Positions 28,483 to 38,430 of a stretch of 64,000 bases of DNA are shown here, in pieces. The stretch's first letter is position 1. Each line of letters opens with the position of its first letter. The stretch is from Lingula anatina (lineage: Eukaryota; Animalia; Brachiopoda). The translations under genes and the position numbers were made by a program. A model generated the notes under the pieces. That model was not told where the DNA came from and ran no database searches. It worked only from the letters and a program-made list of their open reading frames with translations. Location of the stretch: assembly GCA_051362555.1 (NCBI GenBank), contig JBPQGU010000016.1:558001-622000 (forward strand), given 5' to 3'.

Positions 28483-29939
28483 ATAAACTTTTACCTTCTG
28501 TTACTTCCTGCTGAAGTTAAAACTAAAACATGTTATGTTGAAACTGTCCTGAATGTGCCCTGACCCCTGCAGTGACCCAGCTATTGTATAATAGGGACTT
28601 CAAAGATAACAGCAGCCCAGGTAGAGGTGGACTACACAGGGTTGGGGTGAGTGTTTACATTTAACATGTGTGTGAGAGTGTACTTACAGGTAAAGTGTTT
28701 GGTTACTGTTATTTTGTATACAAGGTAGGATTATGAAATGTCAGTGTGCTTGGCTTGTAGAAAATGGTTCTTTCATGATATAGAATATTATATTTGTAGA
28801 GATACCTATTCATGAATGACACATGAAAAAAAATGGTAATTTCTGTAACACCAGCATAATTACATAGTATATATTAACAAGTACTTGTATTGCAATTAAA
28901 GAACTATAGGTTCTCTGAGTGGAAGTATATATTATATTGCTAGGTATACTTTTCTTTCAAAATGCTGTGACCCTAAGTGGCTTGAAAAAATGTGGTGTAA
29001 AGTTCACCGTACTTGTCCTTCACTTGTATAACAAAGATGCTTCTTAATTGCTATTAATATCTGCTTGTAAAGTACAAAAGATGGTCTAGAGTCTGAAGTC
29101 CACCAGTACTTATTGTGCCTTTGTTCTTGTGTGAGAAACAAGGCTGTATGTTTTCATATGTATATATCTGGTTATGCAAAGAAGTATGGTATTGTCTTCC
29201 ATTTCATCATGTGCAATGCCTATAATTATAGGTACGTACTTGCATGACAAAGATCTTAATTAGTGATAGCATCTGTTTATGAATTACTTATAAAAATACA
29301 ATAAGATCTATAGTTTAACCACACTGTTTACCCACGCTGTTCCCTAGTACTAGCACAGAGAGAGCTCCTACTTTTGGTTGTTATTTTGTAAAGTTCTGTG
29401 ATATTTGTTAATGAATGACACATGAGGATATGATAATTTCTGTCACACCAGCACACTTGCAGTATCAATATACTTGTAATAGGATTAAGTACAGGCTCTA
29501 TAAGTATGAATGCCTGATGATGAATATTCACCATTTTCTGCAAACTTAACTGCAGTGGTCAGGGTGTATGCCATTTAATTTAAAAGTAGGCTAATGTAAA
29601 ATGTATTTTGGCTCCTGATTGTAGCATTGAGGACACAAAGCTTTTGTTGTTGCCACTGTCTCTGATTTATGCGGTGTGAGATAAGATTTATAGTCTTAAA
29701 TGGAAGCCATGATGGAGAGAATATAAAGGTAGGCTGTCTTTTTTCCATCAGATTTTACCTGTGATTTTAGTTTCCTGTAACTTGGACCCAGGTGACAATA
29801 ATCATATTATCCTTGCCATTTGTCTTTTTGCTTGGTCGTTAAGTTCCGCTTGTTTGAATGTTTCAAGGTTCGTTTGGCATTTTAAGACATGTTCTGCAGC
29901 AGGTATTTTTTTATTAATCAACTGTAAGTGTGGTTATTG

Positions 29940-29969
29940 ATTCTCCCCCTCCCTCATTCTCTCCTCCCC

Positions 29970-30000
<31 letters not shown>

Positions 30001-30065
30001 CCCCCCTCTCTCTCTCTCTCTCTCTGCCCCCTCCCTCTCTCTCGCTTTCTCTCTGTCTCTCTCTC

Positions 30066-30109
<44 letters not shown>
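29940..30109. repeat. (CT)n-rich microsatellite
   Basis: Seen directly. One of many simple repeats; others lie near 199, 743, 6285, 12787, 16521, 23615, 25840, 27908, 37869 and 43217. Confidence 0.95.
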
Positions 30110-30113
<4 letters not shown>

Positions 30114-32567
30114 AGTGCCGGTGTGTGTCCCACAAAATTATAACAGAATCTGTCAGTCAGATCTCTAACAAATATAACCATTAAAAATGAATGGAGGTTC
30201 ACATGCTGAGTGGACCCACATTGGTTTTAACTATTCCATGTAGGAGTTAAAGTGAACCAGATGTGGACAGAGCCACCATATTGTGAAGTTGAACAGGTAA
30301 ATGTACAGGTAACAGGAGTCGCTCATCCAATTAAGCTATATATGGCTTTTACTCAGTAAATTCAAACAACATGAATGTAATGATTTTCCAGGAAAAAAAA
30401 ATGTTTGATTCATAATTGTAGCATGTTTGGTTTTTCAGAAGTTTTAAGAAATTAGTTCTCCTTGCATTCAGAGGGCACATTGTTGTGAGTGTCTCATAAA
30501 GATGAATTTTGAACATTTTGATATTAAAAATTCGGGTTATTCGAAAACTTAGATATTTACCATAGTAATAGCTGGAAAGGTCAGTGCCATAGTTTTAGCC
30601 TTATTTGATAAGCTTAAACTAAATCAGATTATCACTTTTAACTAACAGGGCTGAATGTTGCATGTCAGTTTTATCCAAATGATCCACATCATTTAATTTA
30701 GTTGAGAGAAATATTTCGTATTTTCCTGTTTAAAGCCAGATTGCTCCTTGATGTAGTTCATGGTTTTACTGTTGCTCTATTTAAAATTGTCTATTAAAGT
30801 ATTTGGTTAGAAAGAATTCTATTCAAGAGTGTTTTAATAGGAATGGAAAAGCTTGGTGTGTGGTGTGTCATCATAGCATATATCTGCCTACAACAGAATT
30901 GAGAGAGAGAGAGAGAGATATCCCAGATTTCAGCTCTCTATAACCGTCATGTTAATCACACAGTCATAGAATTGAATGTGTATTTTTCATTCACTACAAA
31001 TGTGTCCAGTTGACTTATGAATTAAGTTTACTATGTAGAAAGTGACGTTAATTTAACTAGTATCAAGTAGAAGGACATTCAAATAATGATGGCTACTGTT
31101 ATGTCATAAGACTATAAACACAGTCTGTGACAGGTAAGTTAAAATTTGACTCTAGGGGACATAATATCATCAGGCGTGTTATGCAGTCAAAGTTAAGTGA
31201 TAGATTCTTCAAACTGCTGCTAAAACATAGTTATCACCACTCCAATAATTCACAAGATGCCTTTCAACAAGGCTGGATGGATTGGTAGTATTTCTTCTTA
31301 TTATTATTATTATCAGTATTATTATTATCTGTTATTATGATTCTACTGGAAAGAAAGATCTGTGGATAACATTGCTACAGTATGTTTCCCTTAGGTATCC
31401 TGAACCCTGAAAGATTAATATTTCATTTCACAAATGTTTCATTTTCACCCTGGCGTCATAGTTATTCAATCATATTATATACCTCATCCTCAAATGAGTA
31501 ATAGGATATGAGTTGCAATAAATGTCAAATAAAAAACATCAAATTGTCATGAAAAGTGAATGTAATAAGTGACTGCTTGTTTGTAGTGTGAAAGAGGACC
31601 ATATATTGTATGCCAGAACATGTTTATTTTAGAGGTGGAGACCAGTTAGACTGCTTGGTTGGGATAAGATAAGAAATTTTATCGAGGCATGAATGTTAGG
31701 TAGTGCATTGATGTTTTTTTTTTTTTCCTGCCTGCTTTAAAAGCAGCCTTGTAATAAAACAAACCTACTTGTTTTCTGATTTAGAGGACTATAGATTGTA
31801 ATTGTGGCTGCTCAATAGGCCTATATTTACTGTTAGTAGTACCTTAAACATGGTAAATACTTTTTTCTTGTTTTTCCTCAGAGGATGTTGACAGGTTTTT
31901 CATAGAGCACTTAAGTCATTACGATCATTATGGAGCATTCTCTAAGTAGAATATTTTAGAAAAAAATTATTGATCCCATTTACTTTGCTGTCTACCTGTT
32001 ATTTCTGAAATTTCATCCCAGTTGAAAAGGCAAATGTTCACGGTTTATTGTCTTAATTTATAGGTGTGTTTCCACCAGACATTATTTAGACCGTAAATGG
32101 GTTAAACTGTAAGAAGTGAGTTTTTCCGCCTTTTGATGATAAACACATTAACAAGGTATTTATTTCTTCACAGACTTTTTCTGTAATTATAAGAAAATAG
32201 TTCAGTATAGTCATCATACCACTTTCGGGGTTATTTAATGTCAAAGACTCCTATCCCTGATTCAGATTTTATAATTAGAAGAAAAGGGCTCAATTTATCT
32301 ACGTATCAGTTTTGTACCTAAGACAGTTTCCAGCCTTATTCTTAATTACCCACATTAATGCAGCCAAACCGCAAGGTTTTGAATTTAATGGAAATGAAGA
32401 GAGAAAGTGCCCCAGTGGAGTCGTTTTCTGGTTTGGTGAAATGTCTGAAATGGAATTAATATTATTATAGCTTCGAAACTACGCTACGTCACTACATCTA
32501 CAGTAATAAAATAATTAACAAAATCTCAATAATCCAGTCCTAGGGACGCACCCATCCATAGTTAGGT

Positions 32568-33529
32568 TTAGAGTTTGGTATAATGAGTAGAGATAGAAAT
32601 AGGGTCTGGTACGATATATTGAAAAACCGAGTCACTTTTCCAGTCCCCTATTGCTTTAATTATTGACAATGGCACTCCAATAGATGCGAGCCATGTAGCC
32701 CCACCCCGTCGCAGGCTGTGGGTATTGTACATGGTTTCTGAGAGTCCAATGGTGGATAGCACAGTCTTCAAGGAAGACCTGAAAAATCGCTGACTAAGTT
32801 TCAATTCCTGTCCATTAAGAATCATGTTGAATAAAGGTGAGTCTGCCGATGAAGGTCCGGCCAACGCGAGGAAGGACAGTAACGCTGTAGTTGGGCACAA
32901 CGGGTTGTTTGTAAGTCTTGGGAGGGCGATGGTATGGGTTCTTTGTTGAAATTGAATTGTTTTTGATTTCTTAATTTCAATGACAGTTCCGGACTTGTGG
33001 AATTTAACGTCACATCTTCGGATAGACTTACAGTCTACCTGTCCAGTGCACGTTAAGTTGCTCACGCGAAGCAAACCGAAAAACCCTGTGAGTAGTGCGG
33101 CCCAGAAGCGACAATCTTGTGGTTGAGAAAAGTTTAACGTGCTGTGGATTTTCAGTAGGTGCGCGGGTTGCAGAGGTAATTTTGAGGCCGTAGTGTCGCC
33201 TTTACTTCTTTTGACGCCTTTCAACAGTGAAGTGATGGTCCAGTTTGAATTTAGTGGGTTGGGATATTCCTTATCCAGATGCAGAATTCTGATGATATTC
33301 ACATACTGCTGTACTGTCTTGAATGACTTGTCCCTGGCTAGGAACGCGACGTATCTAGCTATAGTAGTATTGTTGGCGGGTACTGACGGCACGCCGATTC
33401 TTTCACAAAAACTAACGAAGCTGCGCTCATGGAAGGCGTATGTCCTCTTGGTAGCCGGGGCCCACCTCTGCTCAATAAGTAGGGCTACCTCCCTGTCCAA
33501 TTGTTCAGCGAAACCGTCCAATTGTCTAT
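32568..33529 (-). CDS. Tyrosine recombinase (phage-integrase-like) of the retroelement
   Basis: N-terminal binding region APATKRTY...YVAFL...YVNIIRILH. Catalytic residues present: R (LLRVSNL), K (KKSKT), HxxR (HSLRRGGAT), W (GDW), Y (VFQY). No N-terminal ATG. Confidence 0.93.
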
Positions 33530-35140
33530 CTGCGGAAATAAATAGTTTAAGGTGAGGTAAGATACGTGGTTGTTTAGAAGATAATAATCTGGCATATAGT
33601 AGCCACTCTTGCGGACGGATTGGATAAAGCGATTTATTTGACCCCTTTCATGAAGACGGCTTAAGGCGTCAGCTGTGATGTTAAATTTGCCGGGGAGGAA
33701 CTTGGCTTCTATACTAAAATTAAATGAGATAGCAAGTGACGCAAGTTGTTCAAGCAAAGCAAAGGCTGTCTTTGATGGGGTAGAACCATTGTTAATAATG
33801 CCTGCTGTAGCAATATTGTCAGTTAAAACGAGCACTTTATGATTGACCCATTTTCTATGCCATCTGTAAGCAGCCCATAAGACGATCGCAAGCTCCTTTA
33901 TGTTGATGTGCTCATTTTCCAGGGGCGGCAAATCTAGTCCCCAAGCACAGTAAGTCCAGTCGCCCTCGCAGAATGCTCCGCCACCTGTGATGCAAGCGTC
34001 AGTTTGTACTAACGCCGGGGGGCGACTGTCCCAGATAGCCATCCGGCTATTGTTAAGCAGATGATAATGCCACCAAGCTATGTCCTGCTGGACGCCAAAC
34101 AATAAGCTTTTATGCCGCGGTGAAGCTGTTGTATTAATTAAGTCATATATCCGTCTTATATGCAGTTTCCCCCACGGGATTACATGACTGGCCCAGGCTA
34201 AGTGTCCTGCAAGTTTTTCTAGTTGTTTACGCGACGCTCGCTTTCTATGTCCAAAGCTCTGAAGTAGCTGGAGAAGATTAGACTGCTTATTAGGGTCAAG
34301 GGACATTAAACCGGAGAGAGTGTTGATCTCTATCCCCAAGAATGTCAATTTTTGGCACGGGTCGACCACCTTCTTCCAGTTTATTTGAAATCCCAATGTA
34401 CGCAATAGTTTCAATAGTGTTTGGTATGCGTCGCTACATTCTTCTTTGGTCGCGCCTGCAACCAGGAAATCATCTAAATAAGCAACTACCACTGGGAAGC
34501 CCTTTTTCTCCATCATTCTGCGCACTGATTGAGTGAGTCTGTTGAAGATACTTGGACTCTTTCTCCCCCCAAACGGCAAGCGCGTATCAATGATTGTAGT
34601 TTCTGTATTGTCGTTGGAAAAAGTCCATCTTAATCCCATGAATTTTAGATTGCTAGGATGAAGGTTCACGGAGCGATACGCTTGAGACAAGTCCACTTTA
34701 GCTAAATACCACCCGGGGTAAATGTTACGAATAACATCCTGAACTGATTGATATGTGACTCCCTCATTTGTGGCATAATCATTAACACTGAGCCCTTCAG
34801 GGCGACTACAGTCATGAATAATGCGGATATCCCCATCTTGTTTTGGGACAGCGTGTATAGCACTAATTATATGCGGTGTATCATCCACAATTTTGTAGTG
34901 TCCTTCTTGAATGCCTTCTTTCAGTTTTTTGTCAATCAGATGTGCAGATTTATATGTTGATTTTGAGTTTTTAACAGTTACTCTTTTTGGCACAATTTCA
35001 TCACTATCCACTATAGAAAAACCATTAATAATGCCGCTTAAAATGAAGTCTCTATCATCGTCTGAACCGAGTTCCCGCTCCCAATTTTCAAGTTTTGCTT
35101 TGAGCGGAGACTCAAAAATGTCATTAGTTTCTAGTTTTTT
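33485..35140 (-). CDS. Reverse transcriptase-RNase H of the retroelement
   Basis: RT motifs RIIHDCS, KVDLSQAYR, RLPFGGRKSP, AYLDDF and FLGIEI. RNase H motifs TDAC, HINIKEL, TDN and NITADALSR. The frame stays open upstream of the listed GTG (SPLKAKLENWERELGSDDDRDFILSGIINGF) into the end of gag. Confidence 0.95.
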   Translation of the reverse strand, partial: KKLETNDIFESPLKAKLENWERELGSDDDRDFILSGIINGFSIVDSDEIVPKRVTVKNSKSTYKSAHLIDKKLKEGIQEGHYKIVDDTPHIISAIHAVPKQDGDIRIIHDCSRPEGLSVNDYATNEGVTYQSVQDVIRNIYPGWYLAKVDLSQAYRSVNLHPSNLKFMGLRWTFSNDNTETTIIDTRLPFGGRKSPSIFNRLTQSVRRMMEKKGFPVVVAYLDDFLVAGATKEECSDAYQTLLKLLRTLGFQINWKKVVDPCQKLTFLGIEINTLSGLMSLDPNKQSNLLQLLQSFGHRKRASRKQLEKLAGHLAWASHVIPWGKLHIRRIYDLINTTASPRHKSLLFGVQQDIAWWHYHLLNNSRMAIWDSRPPALVQTDACITGGGAFCEGDWTYCAWGLDLPPLENEHINIKELAIVLWAAYRWHRKWVNHKVLVLTDNIATAGIINNGSTPSKTAFALLEQLASLAISFNFSIEAKFLPGKFNITADALSRLHERGQINRFIQSVRKSGYYMPDYYLLNNHVSYLTLNYLFPQIDNWTVSLNNWTGR

Positions 35141-36108
35141 GTTTCTGTGATCATGGAGTTCTTGTGTTCAAATTCACCGTGGGATGTTGATGAGCATTTA
35201 AAGCAAGCATGGGTGAACCTGCAAAACCTGAGAGTGCAACCATTACGGCCATTAAAACGTTCACAAATAGGCCTGCCTGTAGGGTCATTCTTTGGTTTGT
35301 TGATATTTTGTCTGTTTTGTTTGGGGCGTAATAAAAGCTGCATGAGGTAGGTGTCATCCTGGGACCATTCTATTTCATCGTTAGCCTGCTTTTTCCTGAA
35401 TTGATAGTCATAAGTGACCACACTGTCCCACTCAAAAGTTTGTGCAAACGTGCTGATTTTAATGAGATAGCTCATGTAATTCATAAGAGACTGAGTGCTG
35501 GCCTTATCAACGTTGATGATCTCTTTCCCAATACGGAGTGCCCCTTCCATGTACTGTGCCTGTGATAGTCGGTTTAGTGGGATTTTGCTGTCCTTAACCG
35601 TTACAAGGAATGAGCCCATGTCTACCGCGTCTCTCTGCGTTGATCCAGGGACAAGGGAGACGTAATCTCTGACGTCTCGGAAGGGGGGCTTTTTAGGTGG
35701 TATCAAAGAAGAAAGTGTGTTAAGTTCTCTCTCACCTTCGGTGTTTTCATAGCTGCTTTTTGGTGTTGCTGTTGTTGGTTTTTCACTCGCCTTCAATGCT
35801 TCCCCCATGATGCTCATAATATCTGCTATAGAGAGCGAGTCCCCCGAGTCCAGTTTCTGTTGCAAATTTCCCGTCGTGGTGGCTTCTGCATTGTGTGGTA
35901 TAGTTGGGGTGTCCTTTAACTCTTGCACAGCTTCTTGCAATAGCAGTCTTTGTGCAGGCTGCAGGGAGGAAAAAAGTCTCTCTACTTTCTTACTATTCAG
36001 CGTGCAGATGGCTCTCTTGCTAGTAAACCCATTCTCTCTCAGAGCGTTGATAGTTTCCTCTGATAACTCGTTTGATAAGCCCCAGTCATGCAGGGAAAAC
36101 CTCGCCAT
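35131..36108 (-). CDS. Gag-like ORF1 of the retroelement
   Basis: ATG in AACATGG context at 36108 (another in-frame ATG at 36135). SAM-like helical N-terminus (DWGLSNELSEETINALRENGF), WDSVVTYDYQFR motif and C-terminal Cys/His knuckle CERFNGRNGCTLRFCRFTHACFKCSSTSH typical of DIRS-order ORF1. Confidence 0.85.
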   Translation of the reverse strand: MARFSLHDWGLSNELSEETINALRENGFTSKRAICTLNSKKVERLFSSLQPAQRLLLQEAVQELKDTPTIPHNAEATTTGNLQQKLDSGDSLSIADIMSIMGEALKASEKPTTATPKSSYENTEGERELNTLSSLIPPKKPPFRDVRDYVSLVPGSTQRDAVDMGSFLVTVKDSKIPLNRLSQAQYMEGALRIGKEIINVDKASTQSLMNYMSYLIKISTFAQTFEWDSVVTYDYQFRKKQANDEIEWSQDDTYLMQLLLRPKQNRQNINKPKNDPTGRPICERFNGRNGCTLRFCRFTHACFKCSSTSHGEFEHKNSMITETKN

Positions 36109-37864
36109 GTTAAGTAAAGCACGTCTGCTCTGCATAAAGGCTTGCAACTGACTGAATTAAATCACTCAATGACCGGAAAACGAGGCTTAAGTGCCCCGGA
36201 CGCAGTGACGTAACGTAGTTGTCTCCACCTGTGTGTGTTTTAAATAGGACTTAAAACATAAGTCCTTACATAAGAAAGAATTGCCTATTGTTTCTCAAAT
36301 TAAAGCAATAATAACTCTTTGTTTCGGCCAAAAAATGAATTTTCCTGGAGTAAACAACAATTTTCCCATGCTTACCAATGGTTAATGAATCCATTTTTAC
36401 ATTCAAAGTTAGTCCCTGGTTTTTTTCTAAAAAGTTTGGTTTTTTGTTAAAATCTCTTAAGAGATTTTAACAAAGTATAGACATCAATGGAGGTTACGTG
36501 GTCTAAAGACAAGTTCAAATATCAGAATAAAAGCTATAACTGCTGTTTTTGTGGTAAAACAGAATATATTATATTTCTATGAGTTATTCACAAGGTTTTT
36601 ATTGTGAAATATAGGTATCATACAAAGAGTTATTATGCCTTTAAATGGTTTTATAAAATTATGGACCAAGTACCTGCAAGCTGTGACATACAAGATGATT
36701 GCAGTTAGAAAAGAGATGAGTTCACAAGTTGATTGAAATAAGAGTGCATCTTAACTGTAATTTCAAAATAAGGCAGAAGAGAGGTGATATTGCTATTCGC
36801 AATTCACGGCGCTTTCAAATTACGGGGCCCTGGGCATCCCAGGGTCTTTATAATTAACCCGGGTGGGGTAGGGGGGGATGGCTGTGTTATATACCATTGT
36901 CTTATAGGACAAAAAGGTGCCATCTGCCCCTTTTTTTTTTTTTTTTCAGTGTTCTTGGGACATGTGCTCCATGTGTTTAGTGATATAAAACTGTCAGTTT
37001 TACATGCAGAATACAATAATTTCAGTGGAATCAAATGAAGAAAGAATATTCATTGATTGCCAAATATCGTAGAAAAAAAAACTGAAGTCTTGTAAGATTG
37101 GTTTAATAGTAAAATGAAGGGAGATTCGTCGCCGGTGGAATTCTGTAACACTTTCAGACATTGTTTGGTATATTTTAATTGTTTATTTTGTAATAGAATT
37201 ATGATATTGATACACTTATACCTTGGGGTCACATTGTGTCACTGCTTGTGAATAAATAATGGACATTGACTTTAAGACCTTCTCAGCATTTATCCTGGCA
37301 TTCAAGTCTTCCCCAATGTAAACTTCAACCATTGTAACAATATTATAATAGTAACTCTATTGCTATATTGTTTATTGTGCTTGTACATATATTATATCAG
37401 TAGACGCCATTGACGTTTTGACTTCAGAATTCAATGACCTTTTCATGTTATTGACCTTGGCCTTGACCTCTGTGCATGACTCTTGACCTCTTGGAAAGGT
37501 CAATATTGCATTTCTCCAGTGGGCAATGAGTGGTAGTTTAAAGGAAAGGACTGCTGATAAAGACATATAGTGAAGTGATAGATGCAGTCATGTTTGGTCT
37601 TGATAATGAGGCAGAGAGAAGTTTGAGCAACATTATGCAGGTATATTAGGCTTTGGCATTGGGTCAAAGTTAGGTAATCGTTTGCCTATCATCCGCCTTA
37701 CTCAAGTTATGATGATAGATTACAGGAATTGATGTTTATCTCCCTCTTTGTTATCTCTCACAAAGGCACACTTAAAGTATATTCTTTCTTTGATAATTAT
37801 TTTATTCATGTATGTTATGACATAATAATGTGCAATTATGTTAATTTTTGTACCCCACCCTCTC

Positions 37865-37927
<63 letters not shown>

Positions 37928-38264
37928 CCACCAGGTGCCATGACAGGTCTCTGTATAGTTGACTCATTCTGGTACATAATGAGTCACAGAGTTTGTCCTC
38001 GTCATTGAGTGTCTAGACTAATTGATATTATCCCTCTTTAGTGGAAATAAAGCTGAGGACACGGCAGTTAGCGAGGTCCTCTTTGTATTCCAGTCTTCAT
38101 TGTGTGTGGTGTTGGATCAGTTTCAGTGGGACAGTGGCGTGACTGCTTCTGATTACCTCTGTATGTGCGTGTATCCTGGAGGATATATTATATGTATATA
38201 AGCTGTAATGCTTATGACATGTAAGATGTCTGGAGCACAGGTATGGTGAATGTTTAACTGTGAT

Positions 38265-38430
38265 CAGGCCCGTAGCCAGGGGGGGTTCGGGGGGTTCGAA
38301 AGAACCGCCCCTTTTGCTGGAAAAGGTCCATTCTGAGTAAAATTTGATCTAGGTACGTGAAGTTTTATGGAAAAAGGTCCACTTTTTTAGAAAAAGAACC
38401 CCCCTTTTGAAATTGCTGGCTACGGGCCTG
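38265..38430. mobile_element. MITE with 15-bp TIR CAGGCCCGTAGCCAG and 5-bp TSD GTGAT
   Basis: Perfect TIRs, GTGAT on both sides, second copy at 59331-59480. Confidence 0.9.

Larger units (their letters stand above)
32460..36220 (-). mobile_element. Tyrosine-recombinase retrotransposon (DIRS order, Ngaro/PAT-like), apparently intact
   Basis: Three overlapping uninterrupted ORFs in the order gag, RT/RNaseH, YR. No methyltransferase domain is seen. GC content is higher than in the flanks. A 17-bp inverted repeat sits at 32477-32493 / 36204-36220. Exact ends are uncertain. Confidence 0.92.

Noticed and set aside
32568-33521. Phage or bacterial integrase, i.e. contamination or horizontal transfer
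   Set aside because: It overlaps a DIRS-type RT/RNaseH ORF and lies in eukaryotic intronic DNA, so it is the retrotransposon's own recombinase.
33139-36151. Plus-strand ORFs inside the retroelement (33139, 34342, 34748, 34911, 35147, 35807)
   Set aside because: Antisense to real ORFs and lacking recognisable motifs.
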